Program-made: the position numbers and the translations under genes | From: a virus | Lineage: Duplodnaviria; Caudoviricetes | Virus record (IMG/VR): IMGVR_UViG_3300047288_000217 | Location: 1 to 51,908 of that record | Length of the DNA stretch: 51,908 bases | Strand: one strand, 5' to 3' | Notes under the pieces: model-generated | Databases searched by the model: none | Seen by the model: only the letters and a program-made list of their open reading frames with translations | Told to the model about the DNA's origin: nothing | Shown: positions 16,424-24,202 of the stretch, piece by piece | Layout: each line of letters opens with the position of its first letter | Position numbering within the stretch: the stretch's first letter is position 1

Positions 16424-18829
16424 ATGGCCCAAGTCCCATCAAACCTCATCCCGATCAGCATCACGAACCTGCCGGTTCCGGTGACGCTGCCTTCGGAGGA
16501 CACGCTGCTCGTTGGCGTCTATCAGGGCGTGACGTACAAGATTCGCGCCGGTGACCTGCTGCAAGTGGCCGGTGTGCCGACCTCGCGCCAGGTGATTGCT
16601 GGCACGAGCCTTACAGGCGGCGGAGCGCTGTCCTCGAACGTGACTTTGTCGGTTGCGCCCAAGGGCATCGGCACCGCGCAACTGGCCGACTCGGGCGTGA
16701 CCCCGGGCGTCTACGGCGACGGCACCAATGTGCCCCAGGTCACCGTGGACGCCACGGGCCGCGTGATGGCGGCGACGTCGGTGCCGATCTCGATTTCCGG
16801 CTACGTGCCAACCAGCCGCGAAGTGATCGCTGGAAACGGCCTCACGGGTGGTGGCCCGTTGTCCTCGAACGTCACGCTTGCGGTGAATTACGGCGGCACG
16901 CCCCTGGCTGGCTCCGGCTCCGGCTCGGCAGGCACGGCGCTGACCTTGTCGCGCTCTGACCACCGTCACCCAGCGGTTGACCTGGCCGACCAGACCCAGA
17001 TCGACGGCATCTTGCCGATCGACCAAGGCGGTACCGGCCGCAGCCTGGTCATGCAGCCCGGCGGCATGATCTGGTCCGGCTCCGACGGCCTGTATGTCGG
17101 GCCCGCTGGCGTTTCTGGCCAGGTGCTGGTCTCCGGCGGTACCGGCGCTCCGACCTGGGGCTCGACGGTGATCCTGGCGCCCGTGACGGCGCACTATTTC
17201 TTCGCCGGCCCATCGTCTGGCCCGGCCGCCGATCCCACCTTCCGCGCAATCGTCAACGGCGATCTGCCTGGCTTGGGCGAGGTGACCTACAACGGCGTGA
17301 GCGTTGCCCTGGGGGGCTCGGGCACCATCACGGCGGTAAACCCGTATGCGCTGACGATTGGCACCGGCCTGTCGGGCACCTCGTATGACGGCAGCGCTGC
17401 CGTCACGATCGCCAACACGGGCGTTTTGAGCTGGAGCGGCGGCACCACTGGCCTGACGCCCGCCACAGCCACCACGGGCGCTGTGACACTGGCTGGCACC
17501 CTGGCCATCGCCAACGGCGGCACAGGAGCCACCACGGCCGCTGGCGCCCCGTTCGCGCTCAAGGGAGCGAACAGCGATATCACCTCCATGTCGGGCATCA
17601 CCGGCGGGGTGGCCACTCCGGACTACATCGACTTCCACACCGGCGCGGTGGTGACGTCTGCGGTTGGCCGAATTTTCTGGGACGGCGGCACCACGCTGAA
17701 TGTCGGCATGACAGCCAACGTCGCCGGCAAGGTCAACGAGGACCAGTTCTACTACATCAAGGCATCCAGCGCGATCACCAAAGGTCAGGTGATCATGTTC
17801 ACCGGCGCCGTTGGCGCCTCGGGTGTTGTGACTGGCGCACCAGCAACCGGCGTCACCGATGGCTCGTACATCATGGGCGTGGCCGCAGAGGACATTGCGC
17901 TCAACGGTTTTGGCCTGGTGCAGGTCGCCGGAACGCTGCGCGGCCTGGACACCTCGGCCTTCACCGATGGCGCTGTGCTTTGGTACAACCCCGCTGTTAC
18001 GGGCGGTCTGACAGCAACCAAGCCTTCGGCGCCCAACATCAAAGTTCAGATCGCGGCTGTCGTCAACGCTGGCAACGGCGGCAGTGGCTCGATCCTGATT
18101 CGCGTCAGTGCCGGCTCTGTCCTGGGCGGCACGGACTCCAACGTCCAGTTTGGCACCCTGGCCAACAACGACCTGATCCAATACAGCACATCGCTGGGCT
18201 ACTGGCACAACATCCAACCTTCCGCCCTGACCGGTGTTGGCTCGCTGGCCAACGCGCTCACGATCGGCACAGGCCTGAGCGGGACGTCTTACAACGGATC
18301 GAGCGCAATCACGATTGCGATCGACAGCACGGTTGCAACGCTCAGCGGCTCGCAGACCCTGACCAACAAAACGATCAGCGGTGCTTCGAACACGCTGTCG
18401 AACATCGGCAACTCCTCGCTGACAAACTCATCTGTGACGTTCAACGGCGTGACTGTGGCCCTGGGCGCGTCCGGCACCATCACAGCGGCAAACCCGGCCG
18501 CGCTGACGCTGGGTTCCTACCTGACAGGTACCAGCTACGACGGCTCCGCGGCGGTCACGGCAGCCGTTGATGCCACCAGCACCAACACGGCGTCCAAGGT
18601 GGTGGCCCGTGACGCATCTGGCAACTTTGCGGCCGGCACGATCACGGCCGCCTTGTCTGGCAACGCCACCTCGGCCACCAACCTGGCTGGCGGCGCTGCC
18701 TCGCAGATACCATACCAGTCCGCAGCAGGCACCACGGCGTTTATCGCCAACGGCACGGCCGGGCAGGTTCTGAAATCAAACGGAGCGAGCGCCCCCTCCT
18801 GGGGTGACATTTCCGGAGGGACATTCTGA
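16424..18829 (+). CDS. Tail fibre protein (801 aa) with internal repeats
   Basis: G/T/S/A-rich; VTVDATGRV, AGxGLTGGGxLSSNVTL x2, ALTIGTGLSGTSYxGS-like x3, GGTGATTA; ends GGTF. Confidence 0.85.
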   Translation: MAQVPSNLIPISITNLPVPVTLPSEDTLLVGVYQGVTYKIRAGDLLQVAGVPTSRQVIAGTSLTGGGALSSNVTLSVAPKGIGTAQLADSGVTPGVYGDGTNVPQVTVDATGRVMAATSVPISISGYVPTSREVIAGNGLTGGGPLSSNVTLAVNYGGTPLAGSGSGSAGTALTLSRSDHRHPAVDLADQTQIDGILPIDQGGTGRSLVMQPGGMIWSGSDGLYVGPAGVSGQVLVSGGTGAPTWGSTVILAPVTAHYFFAGPSSGPAADPTFRAIVNGDLPGLGEVTYNGVSVALGGSGTITAVNPYALTIGTGLSGTSYDGSAAVTIANTGVLSWSGGTTGLTPATATTGAVTLAGTLAIANGGTGATTAAGAPFALKGANSDITSMSGITGGVATPDYIDFHTGAVVTSAVGRIFWDGGTTLNVGMTANVAGKVNEDQFYYIKASSAITKGQVIMFTGAVGASGVVTGAPATGVTDGSYIMGVAAEDIALNGFGLVQVAGTLRGLDTSAFTDGAVLWYNPAVTGGLTATKPSAPNIKVQIAAVVNAGNGGSGSILIRVSAGSVLGGTDSNVQFGTLANNDLIQYSTSLGYWHNIQPSALTGVGSLANALTIGTGLSGTSYNGSSAITIAIDSTVATLSGSQTLTNKTISGASNTLSNIGNSSLTNSSVTFNGVTVALGASGTITAANPAALTLGSYLTGTSYDGSAAVTAAVDATSTNTASKVVARDASGNFAAGTITAALSGNATSATNLAGGAASQIPYQSAAGTTAFIANGTAGQVLKSNGASAPSWGDISGGTF

Positions 18830-19164
18830 TGTTGGAAGAATTCATCAAGCGGCAGTTCGCCATCCGCGACGCCGCTCACCGCGCGCACTGGACGACCGAT
18901 TCAGGCTATCAGCACGAGACGCTGGGCGGTTTTTACAAAGGCGTGATCGACAAGGCCGACATGCTGGTCGAGGCCTCGATCGCTGCCTTTGGTGAAAAAC
19001 CCGAATCGCCTGAAAATACCATCGAGCAGATCAGGGAAAACATGATTTGGCTGATTGAGAATCGAAAAAAGCTGGCGCGCGAAGTCCCCGCCATCGAAAA
19101 TATCGTCGACGAGGTGTGCAAGTTCTACCTCGATGCACTGTTCAAACTCGAAAACCTGAGGTAA
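18829..19164 (+). CDS. Ferritin/Dps-like four-helix protein (DUF5856-like)
   Basis: AHRAHWTT.SGYQHETLGGFY..DMLVE..IENIVDE..LFKLENL. Confidence 0.65.
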   Translation: MLEEFIKRQFAIRDAAHRAHWTTDSGYQHETLGGFYKGVIDKADMLVEASIAAFGEKPESPENTIEQIRENMIWLIENRKKLAREVPAIENIVDEVCKFYLDALFKLENLR

Positions 19165-19168
19165 GAAA

Positions 19169-20572
19169 ATGTCGCAAGCAGGCTACACCCCGATCCAGCT
19201 CTATTACTCGACCACCGCTTCGACTGCTCCGTCCGCTGGCAACCTGGCCAACGGCGAGTTGGCGATCAACATCACGGACGGCAAGCTGTTCTACAAAGAC
19301 AACGGCGGCGTTGTGCAGGTGCTGGCCACGAAAGGCGCTGGCACCATCGGTGGCTCGAACACGCAGGTTCAGTACAACAGCTCTGGCGCCCTGGCCGGGT
19401 CTGCGAACCTGACGTTTGATGGCACCACACTGACGGCCTCTGGGTTGTCTGGCCCGCTGAACGGAACCGTGGGCGCAACAACGCCAAACACCGGCGCTTT
19501 CACCACACTGACGGCCTCTGGGTTGTTTTCGCTGACAGGGGATCAAGTTCAAGTCTCCGAAGGTGGAACTGGTGCCACAACCGCCATCAACGCACTAAGC
19601 AATCTCGGGTTCATCGCCTACAACGGCCTGTTCAGAAAAACCGACTCCACCATCGTCGCCTTCACCAAGACCGGTGCGGGTACAGCCACGACCTCTTCGA
19701 CCCTTTACGTCGAAGTCAACGGCAGCGTGAAGACCATTGCCAGCGGCGCATCTATCACCATGCCGACTCTGGCGGCAGGAACAGACTACGCAATCTGGGC
19801 CAAGACAGACGGCACACTTGAGGCCACCAGCAACCACACGTCCCCACCGACAGCCAACGCCCGCAAGATTGGCGGCTTCCACTACGCCCCGGGCGGTAAC
19901 GCCACAGGGCAGTCCGGTGGCAACACTACGGCACAAATCAACGAGTACTCGTTCTGGGATCTGAAATTCCGGCCCGTTTGTTCTGACCCACGAGGAATGA
20001 CGCTAGTTGGCGGCGGCTACTGGGTGGATATCTACCTCACGGGTGTGGACGCAATCACCAATGGATCATCCAAATACAACGTGACAATGGCGGATGGCGC
20101 TAGCCCTCCAAAAGTCCCGACCATGTTTGGCGGTAACGGCTCGACAACTTACGGCTCGTACACTTGGTTTGAGGCGATGGAGTTGGCGACTGCATTCGGT
20201 AAGCGTTGTCCTACACAGCAAGAGTTTATGTCTGCGATGTATGGCACAACCGAGGCATCGTCTGTTGGTTCTGACCAAGGTAGCACGATTCTCAATGCCG
20301 CCTACACGTCCAAATGGGGCGTTATCCAGGCTACTGGCGTGCTGTGGGTTTGGGGGCAAGAACGTGGCGGCGCGTACAACACAGGTGGCTGGAATGCCAA
20401 CACCGAAGGCCGTGGCTCCGAGTACAACGCACCCAATGCGGTGCTCCTTGGCGGCAACTGGAACAACGGGTCGAACTCCGGTTCACGTTGCTCGAGCTGG
20501 GCCAACGCGGCGTCGGACTCGGACTACCGCCTCGGTTCGCGCTTCGCCTGTGACCACCTGCAACTTGATTGA
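19169..20572 (+). CDS. mtd: DGR target: Mtd-like receptor-binding tail fibre protein with C-type-lectin-fold C-terminus
   Basis: NEYSFWDLKFRP..DPRGMTLV..SKWGVIQATG.LW.WG..GGNW..SGSR..GSRFACDHL closely resembles Bordetella phage BPP-1 Mtd as recalled; the N-terminal GELAINITDGKLFYKD domain differs. Confidence 0.92.
   Translation: MSQAGYTPIQLYYSTTASTAPSAGNLANGELAINITDGKLFYKDNGGVVQVLATKGAGTIGGSNTQVQYNSSGALAGSANLTFDGTTLTASGLSGPLNGTVGATTPNTGAFTTLTASGLFSLTGDQVQVSEGGTGATTAINALSNLGFIAYNGLFRKTDSTIVAFTKTGAGTATTSSTLYVEVNGSVKTIASGASITMPTLAAGTDYAIWAKTDGTLEATSNHTSPPTANARKIGGFHYAPGGNATGQSGGNTTAQINEYSFWDLKFRPVCSDPRGMTLVGGGYWVDIYLTGVDAITNGSSKYNVTMADGASPPKVPTMFGGNGSTTYGSYTWFEAMELATAFGKRCPTQQEFMSAMYGTTEASSVGSDQGSTILNAAYTSKWGVIQATGVLWVWGQERGGAYNTGGWNANTEGRGSEYNAPNAVLLGGNWNNGSNSGSRCSSWANAASDSDYRLGSRFACDHLQLD
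19423..19526 (+). repeat. Exact 26-bp direct repeat CACCACACTGACGGCCTCTGGGTTGT (19423-19448, 19501-19526)
   Basis: Read directly; encodes TTLTASGL twice. Confidence 0.9.
20436..20554 (+). repeat. DGR variable repeat (VR), 119 bp
   Basis: Matches 20977-21095 except at 20496, 20501, 20502, 20516, 20522, 20525, 20528, 20529 and 20531, all A in TR. Confidence 0.97.
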
Positions 20573-20588
20573 GGTGGCGAAAGCCACC
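20573..20588 (+). promoter_or_regulatory. DGR homing hairpin/cruciform downstream of VR/IMH
   Basis: GGTGGC-GAAA-GCCACC immediately after the target stop codon. Confidence 0.85.
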
Positions 20589-20599
20589 GGTAAGACTAA

Positions 20600-20965
20600 A
20601 TGGAACCAGTAAAGGACGCAGGAACGTGCTACGACCAAATGGCTATCGTCGAAAAGTACGAACGAGTCATCGCGTATCTGTATCCGATTGCGCAATCCAT
20701 GCCAAGAAAGCACGGGGTGGCGCGAGAGATGTTCTTGCAGTGCCTTTTGGGGGTCCCGGACTTGTTGTTTCAAGCTGGCAAGTCCAATCAGGTTTCAAAG
20801 ATTTACACCGCCGATGCGTCACTGGCGCAGGTGCGGTTTTGGATGCGATTCCTGCACTCGATAAAAGCAATGACCACGCACCAAATTCAGACAGCCCAAG
20901 TGCTGCTAGCAGAAGTTGGTGCGATGGTCGGGGCTTGGATCAAGCGCAGGCAAAAGCAGGGGTAG
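20600..20965 (+). CDS. avd: DGR accessory variability determinant
   Basis: 121 aa, CYDQMAIVEKYERVIAYLYPIAQSMPRKHGVAREMFL..GKSNQVSK..EVG..GAWIK; between target and TR. Confidence 0.93.
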   Translation: MEPVKDAGTCYDQMAIVEKYERVIAYLYPIAQSMPRKHGVAREMFLQCLLGVPDLLFQAGKSNQVSKIYTADASLAQVRFWMRFLHSIKAMTTHQIQTAQVLLAEVGAMVGAWIKRRQKQG

Positions 20966-20976
20966 GCTGGGTCAAT

Positions 20977-21095
20977 ATGCGGTGCTCCTTGGCGGCAACT
21001 GGAACAACGGGTCGAACTCCGGTTCACGTTGCTCGAACTGGAACAACGCGGCGTCGAACTCGAACAACAACATCGGTTCGCGCTTCGCCTGTGAC
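20977..21095 (+). ncRNA. DGR template repeat (TR); functional RNA probably includes the avd 3' end and the 21096-21243 spacer
   Basis: 11 AAC codons in the VR frame, 26 adenines; diverges from VR after TGTGAC (IMH vs IMH*). Confidence 0.95.
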
Positions 21096-21243
21096 GACAT
21101 CACATCATCGCTCTGTGCCTGCTACGGCGGCACAGGCAGACCAATCTAAGTGTGGTCAGCCAGTTCTATCCTCCTTCGGGAAATACGTTACTCGGTTCAC
21201 CATAGCGCCTAGTAGGAAATCGAAAAGCGCGGGTGGCATTTTT

Positions 21244-22227
21244 ATGGCAAAGAGACATTACAACCTGATCGAGCAGATAGCCAACATGGACAATCTGCGG
21301 CTCGCCCTTGACAGAACGGCACGTGGCAAAAAGATGACCTACGGCTATCTGGAGTTCAAGGAGTTTGCTGAGGCCAACTTGCTGGAAGTGCAGCAAGAGC
21401 TGATGGATGGCGCATACAAGATCGGCCCGTATAGGGAGTTCACCGTCTACGAGCCAAAGCCTCGCCAGATTTCCGCGCTGGACTTCAAAGACAGGCTGGT
21501 GCAGCACGCGCTGTGCAATGTCGTTGCGCCCATATTTGACCAAGCACTGCTGCCACAGACATTTGCCTGCCGCACCGGTTTCGGCACGCATGCAGGCGTG
21601 CGGTTTGTGCAGTCCAAGCTACGTTACACCGAAGCAAAGTATTTTCTCAAGACGGACTATTCAAAGTTCTTTCCGAGCATCGACAGGACAATCTTGCACA
21701 ACATGATTGAGAGAAAGATCGGGTGCAAGCGAACGCTTGAGATTTTCAGGGTGATTGTCCCGCCGGTCGGCAAAGGCTTACCCATTGGAAGCCTGACCAG
21801 CCCGTTGCTTGCCAATACCTACGGGAACGCCTCAGATCGGTTTGTACACTTCGACCTCGGCCACAGACACTGGGCTCGGTACATGGACGACATCGTGATT
21901 TTGAGCGACGACAAAGACCGACTCATGGACAGCTTTCTGCGCCTGAACGACTTTTCAATGAACCGCCTGAAGCTGCGCATCGGCAAGTGGCAAATCTCGC
22001 CAACCTCACGAGGCGTGAATTTCCTCGGGTACCGCATCTGGGCATCGCACAAACTGCTTCGCAAGGATTCGGTTCTGCGCGCAAAGCGCAAGGTTGCCAA
22101 CTTCATCCGCCACAAGGACGATGAAGGCCTGAGAAAATTCACAGCATCATGGTCTGGCCACGCACAATGGGCGGACACGCACAATCTTTTCAAATGGATG
22201 GAGCGCCGACATGGCATCACTTTCTAA
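21244..22227 (+). CDS. brt: DGR reverse transcriptase (327 aa)
   Basis: EPKPRQISALDFKDRLVQHAL, KTDYSKFFPSID, GLPIGSLTSP, RYMDD, GVNFLGYRI; ATG 21244. Confidence 0.96.
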   Translation: MAKRHYNLIEQIANMDNLRLALDRTARGKKMTYGYLEFKEFAEANLLEVQQELMDGAYKIGPYREFTVYEPKPRQISALDFKDRLVQHALCNVVAPIFDQALLPQTFACRTGFGTHAGVRFVQSKLRYTEAKYFLKTDYSKFFPSIDRTILHNMIERKIGCKRTLEIFRVIVPPVGKGLPIGSLTSPLLANTYGNASDRFVHFDLGHRHWARYMDDIVILSDDKDRLMDSFLRLNDFSMNRLKLRIGKWQISPTSRGVNFLGYRIWASHKLLRKDSVLRAKRKVANFIRHKDDEGLRKFTASWSGHAQWADTHNLFKWMERRHGITF

Positions 22228-22459
22228 AACCGTCATCAACACCCGCGAAGACCTGGACGCGATTCATGGCACGCCAGAGCATGCAGAGTTCATGTCCTTC
22301 CTCCGTTACTCAATGACCCGCAAGCAGGACGTTGCCGTTCGACCAGACGGATACGGTCAGCCCGGGTATGAAGGCCCAAAGATTCCGCCTGTCTGGGCTG
22401 ATGTTGAAGACCTGAGCACCATTGAGCGTTTTGGGTTCACAAAGGCAGATTTCGAGTGA
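22211..22459 (+). CDS. Hypothetical protein coupled to the RT gene (82 aa)
   Basis: GGAG RBS, overlaps RT end; INTREDLDAI..EDLSTIERFGF. Confidence 0.7.
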   Translation: MASLSKTVINTREDLDAIHGTPEHAEFMSFLRYSMTRKQDVAVRPDGYGQPGYEGPKIPPVWADVEDLSTIERFGFTKADFE

Positions 22460-22466
22460 GGTCAAT

Positions 22467-22562
22467 GTGCGCGACTGGGCTGAAGCACTGATCGCCGCCA
22501 CCCTGATCGTCGGCGTGGTGCTTTGGTCCGTCCGGATTTTCTTGGGAGTTTTCTATGGCTGA
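22467..22562 (+). CDS. 31-aa single-TM peptide upstream of endolysin (not in ORF track)
   Basis: GAGG RBS, GTG start, MRDWAEALIAATLIVGVVLWSVRIFLGVFYG*; overlaps lysin start. Confidence 0.5.
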   Translation: MRDWAEALIAATLIVGVVLWSVRIFLGVFYG

Positions 22563-23073
22563 TTTCCTGCCAGCGTTTGAACGCATGATCCAGGACGAGG
22601 GCGGCTACGTGCTGCACAACGTCCAGGGCGACCGTGGCGGCCAAACTTACGCGGGCATCGCCAGGAACTTCAACTCGGACTGGGAAGGCTGGGAGTACGT
22701 CGACCGGCGCGAGACGCCGCCAACGCCCCTGGTGCGCAACTGGTACCACACGAGCTACTGGGCCCCGATTTGCGGCGACCAGATCACCAGCCAGGCGATC
22801 GCGTCCTCGATCTTCAACTTTGCGGTCAACTCCAGCGCGCCCAAGCGGCCCACCGTGGCCATCAAGCTCGCGCAGCTGGTGGTGGGGGCAACGCCGGACG
22901 GAATCCTTGGGCCGGCCACCATCCAGGCCATCAACGCCTGCGATCCGGACAAGTTCGTGATGGCCTACGCCCTGGCCAAGATCGCCCGGTACCGGGATAT
23001 CGTGACCCGCGACCGCACCCAGGCCAAGTTCCTGCTCGGCTGGATCAACCGCACACTGAAGGACGCCACATGA
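22555..23073 (+). CDS. Endolysin, glycoside hydrolase family 108 with peptidoglycan-binding C-terminus
   Basis: EGGY..DRGGQTYAGIA; DGILGPATI; KFLLGWINR. Confidence 0.92.
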   Translation: MADFLPAFERMIQDEGGYVLHNVQGDRGGQTYAGIARNFNSDWEGWEYVDRRETPPTPLVRNWYHTSYWAPICGDQITSQAIASSIFNFAVNSSAPKRPTVAIKLAQLVVGATPDGILGPATIQAINACDPDKFVMAYALAKIARYRDIVTRDRTQAKFLLGWINRTLKDAT

Positions 23074-23483
23074 ACATCCTGGGCATCGGCAGCGTGATCG
23101 AGTCGGTCGGCAAGGTGGCCGGCGACCTGATCACCACGGACAAAGAGCGCATGCAGCTTGAGCTGGAGGGCCGCAAGCTCGACCAGGCCATCGACCAGGC
23201 GCAGATCGAGGTCAACAAGGTGGAGGCGGCCAGCTCCAGCGTTTTTGTCGCCGGCTGGCGCCCCGCGATCGGCTGGATTGGCGCTGCAGCCCTGGCCTAT
23301 CAGTTCTTGCTCTACCCGCTGGCCTTGTGGGTCTGGACCTACCTGCAGGGCACCGGCTGGATTCCCAAGGAGCTGACGCCACCGCCCGTCCTGGACGCGG
23401 ACAAGCTGTGGGTGATCCTGTCGGGCATCCTGGGCATCGCAGGTCTTCGCTCGGCCGAGAAATTCAAGGGTGTGGCCCGATGA
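23070..23483 (+). CDS. Holin (3TM, GTA-holin-like family)
   Basis: QIEVNKVEA..FVAGWRPAIGW..GILGIAGLRSAEKFKG; ATG 23070 overlaps lysin stop. Confidence 0.85.
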   Translation: MNILGIGSVIESVGKVAGDLITTDKERMQLELEGRKLDQAIDQAQIEVNKVEAASSSVFVAGWRPAIGWIGAAALAYQFLLYPLALWVWTYLQGTGWIPKELTPPPVLDADKLWVILSGILGIAGLRSAEKFKGVAR

Positions 23484-23490
23484 CGCCGGT

Positions 23491-23519
23491 TTGCCCTGCG
23501 CCAGCGGCCAACCTATAAT
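23491..23519 (+). promoter_or_regulatory. Sigma70-type promoter for tail/internal protein genes
   Basis: TTGCCC-17 bp-TATAAT. Confidence 0.6.
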
Positions 23520-23572
23520 TCCGCAACACAGCGCCGGCTGTACCAGCGGCTTCAAACCACACTGGAGTCCCC

Positions 23573-24202
23573 ATGTACACGATGACGTACAGCAGCCTGC
23601 TAGAGGATCTTCGCCGATACCTTGAGCGGGGTTTTACAGCCGAAAGCGACCAGCTCGTCTACGAGCAACTGCCGCGCCTGATTACCCTGGGTGAGCGCCG
23701 CATTTCGCGCGAGCTCAAGATTCAAGGCTTCATCCGGGCCGTCACCACACCCCTGCAAACCGGCGTTGCCACCTACCGCAAGCCCGACCGCTGGCGCGAC
23801 ACGGTGAGCATGACCGTTGATGGCGCTCCGATCTTTGCGCGCGCCTACGAGTACTGCCGCAACTACTGGCCCGACGAGGCCCAGACCGGTGCACCGCAGT
23901 TCTATGCCGACTACGATTACAACCACTGGCTTATCACGCCGACGCCAAACGCAAACAGCACGCTTGAGGTGATGTACTACGAGCAGCCGCGTTTCTTGGG
24001 CGAGGACTTCCAGACCAACTGGCTGACCGAGTACGCCCCCGACCTGCTGCTGTACGCCTCCTTGCTGGAGGCCACTCCGTTCCTGAAAAATGACCAGCGA
24101 ATCGGCACGTGGCAGCAGCTCTACGACCGCGCGGCCCAGGCGCTCAACGGCGAGGACCTCAAGAAAATCATGGACCGCAGCGCCCAAAGGACTGAAGCAT
24201 GA
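23573..24202 (+). CDS. Head-tail adaptor / tail tubular protein A-like
   Basis: TYSSL..LITLGERRISREL..GAPQFYA..ITPTP..NWLTEYAPDLLLYASLLEA. Confidence 0.7.
   Translation: MYTMTYSSLLEDLRRYLERGFTAESDQLVYEQLPRLITLGERRISRELKIQGFIRAVTTPLQTGVATYRKPDRWRDTVSMTVDGAPIFARAYEYCRNYWPDEAQTGAPQFYADYDYNHWLITPTPNANSTLEVMYYEQPRFLGEDFQTNWLTEYAPDLLLYASLLEATPFLKNDQRIGTWQQLYDRAAQALNGEDLKKIMDRSAQRTEA

Larger units (their letters stand above)
19169..22227 (+). mobile_element. Diversity-generating retroelement (target-VR, hairpin, avd, TR, RT), BPP-1 architecture
   Basis: All canonical components in canonical order; VR/TR differences only at adenines. Confidence 0.97.

Noticed and set aside
20916-21149. ORF resembling the Mtd C-terminus (second target gene?)
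   Set aside because: It is simply the TR read in the VR frame; no credible start or upstream domain
20569-21243. 552-aa RT with long N-terminal extension as listed in the ORF track
   Set aside because: The extension overlaps avd and TR out of frame; RT similarity begins at ATG 21244, giving the typical ~330-aa DGR RT
21244-22227. RT as group II intron, retron or Abi RT
   Set aside because: No maturase/endonuclease extension or msr-msd; avd, TR/VR and A-specific mismatches identify a DGR
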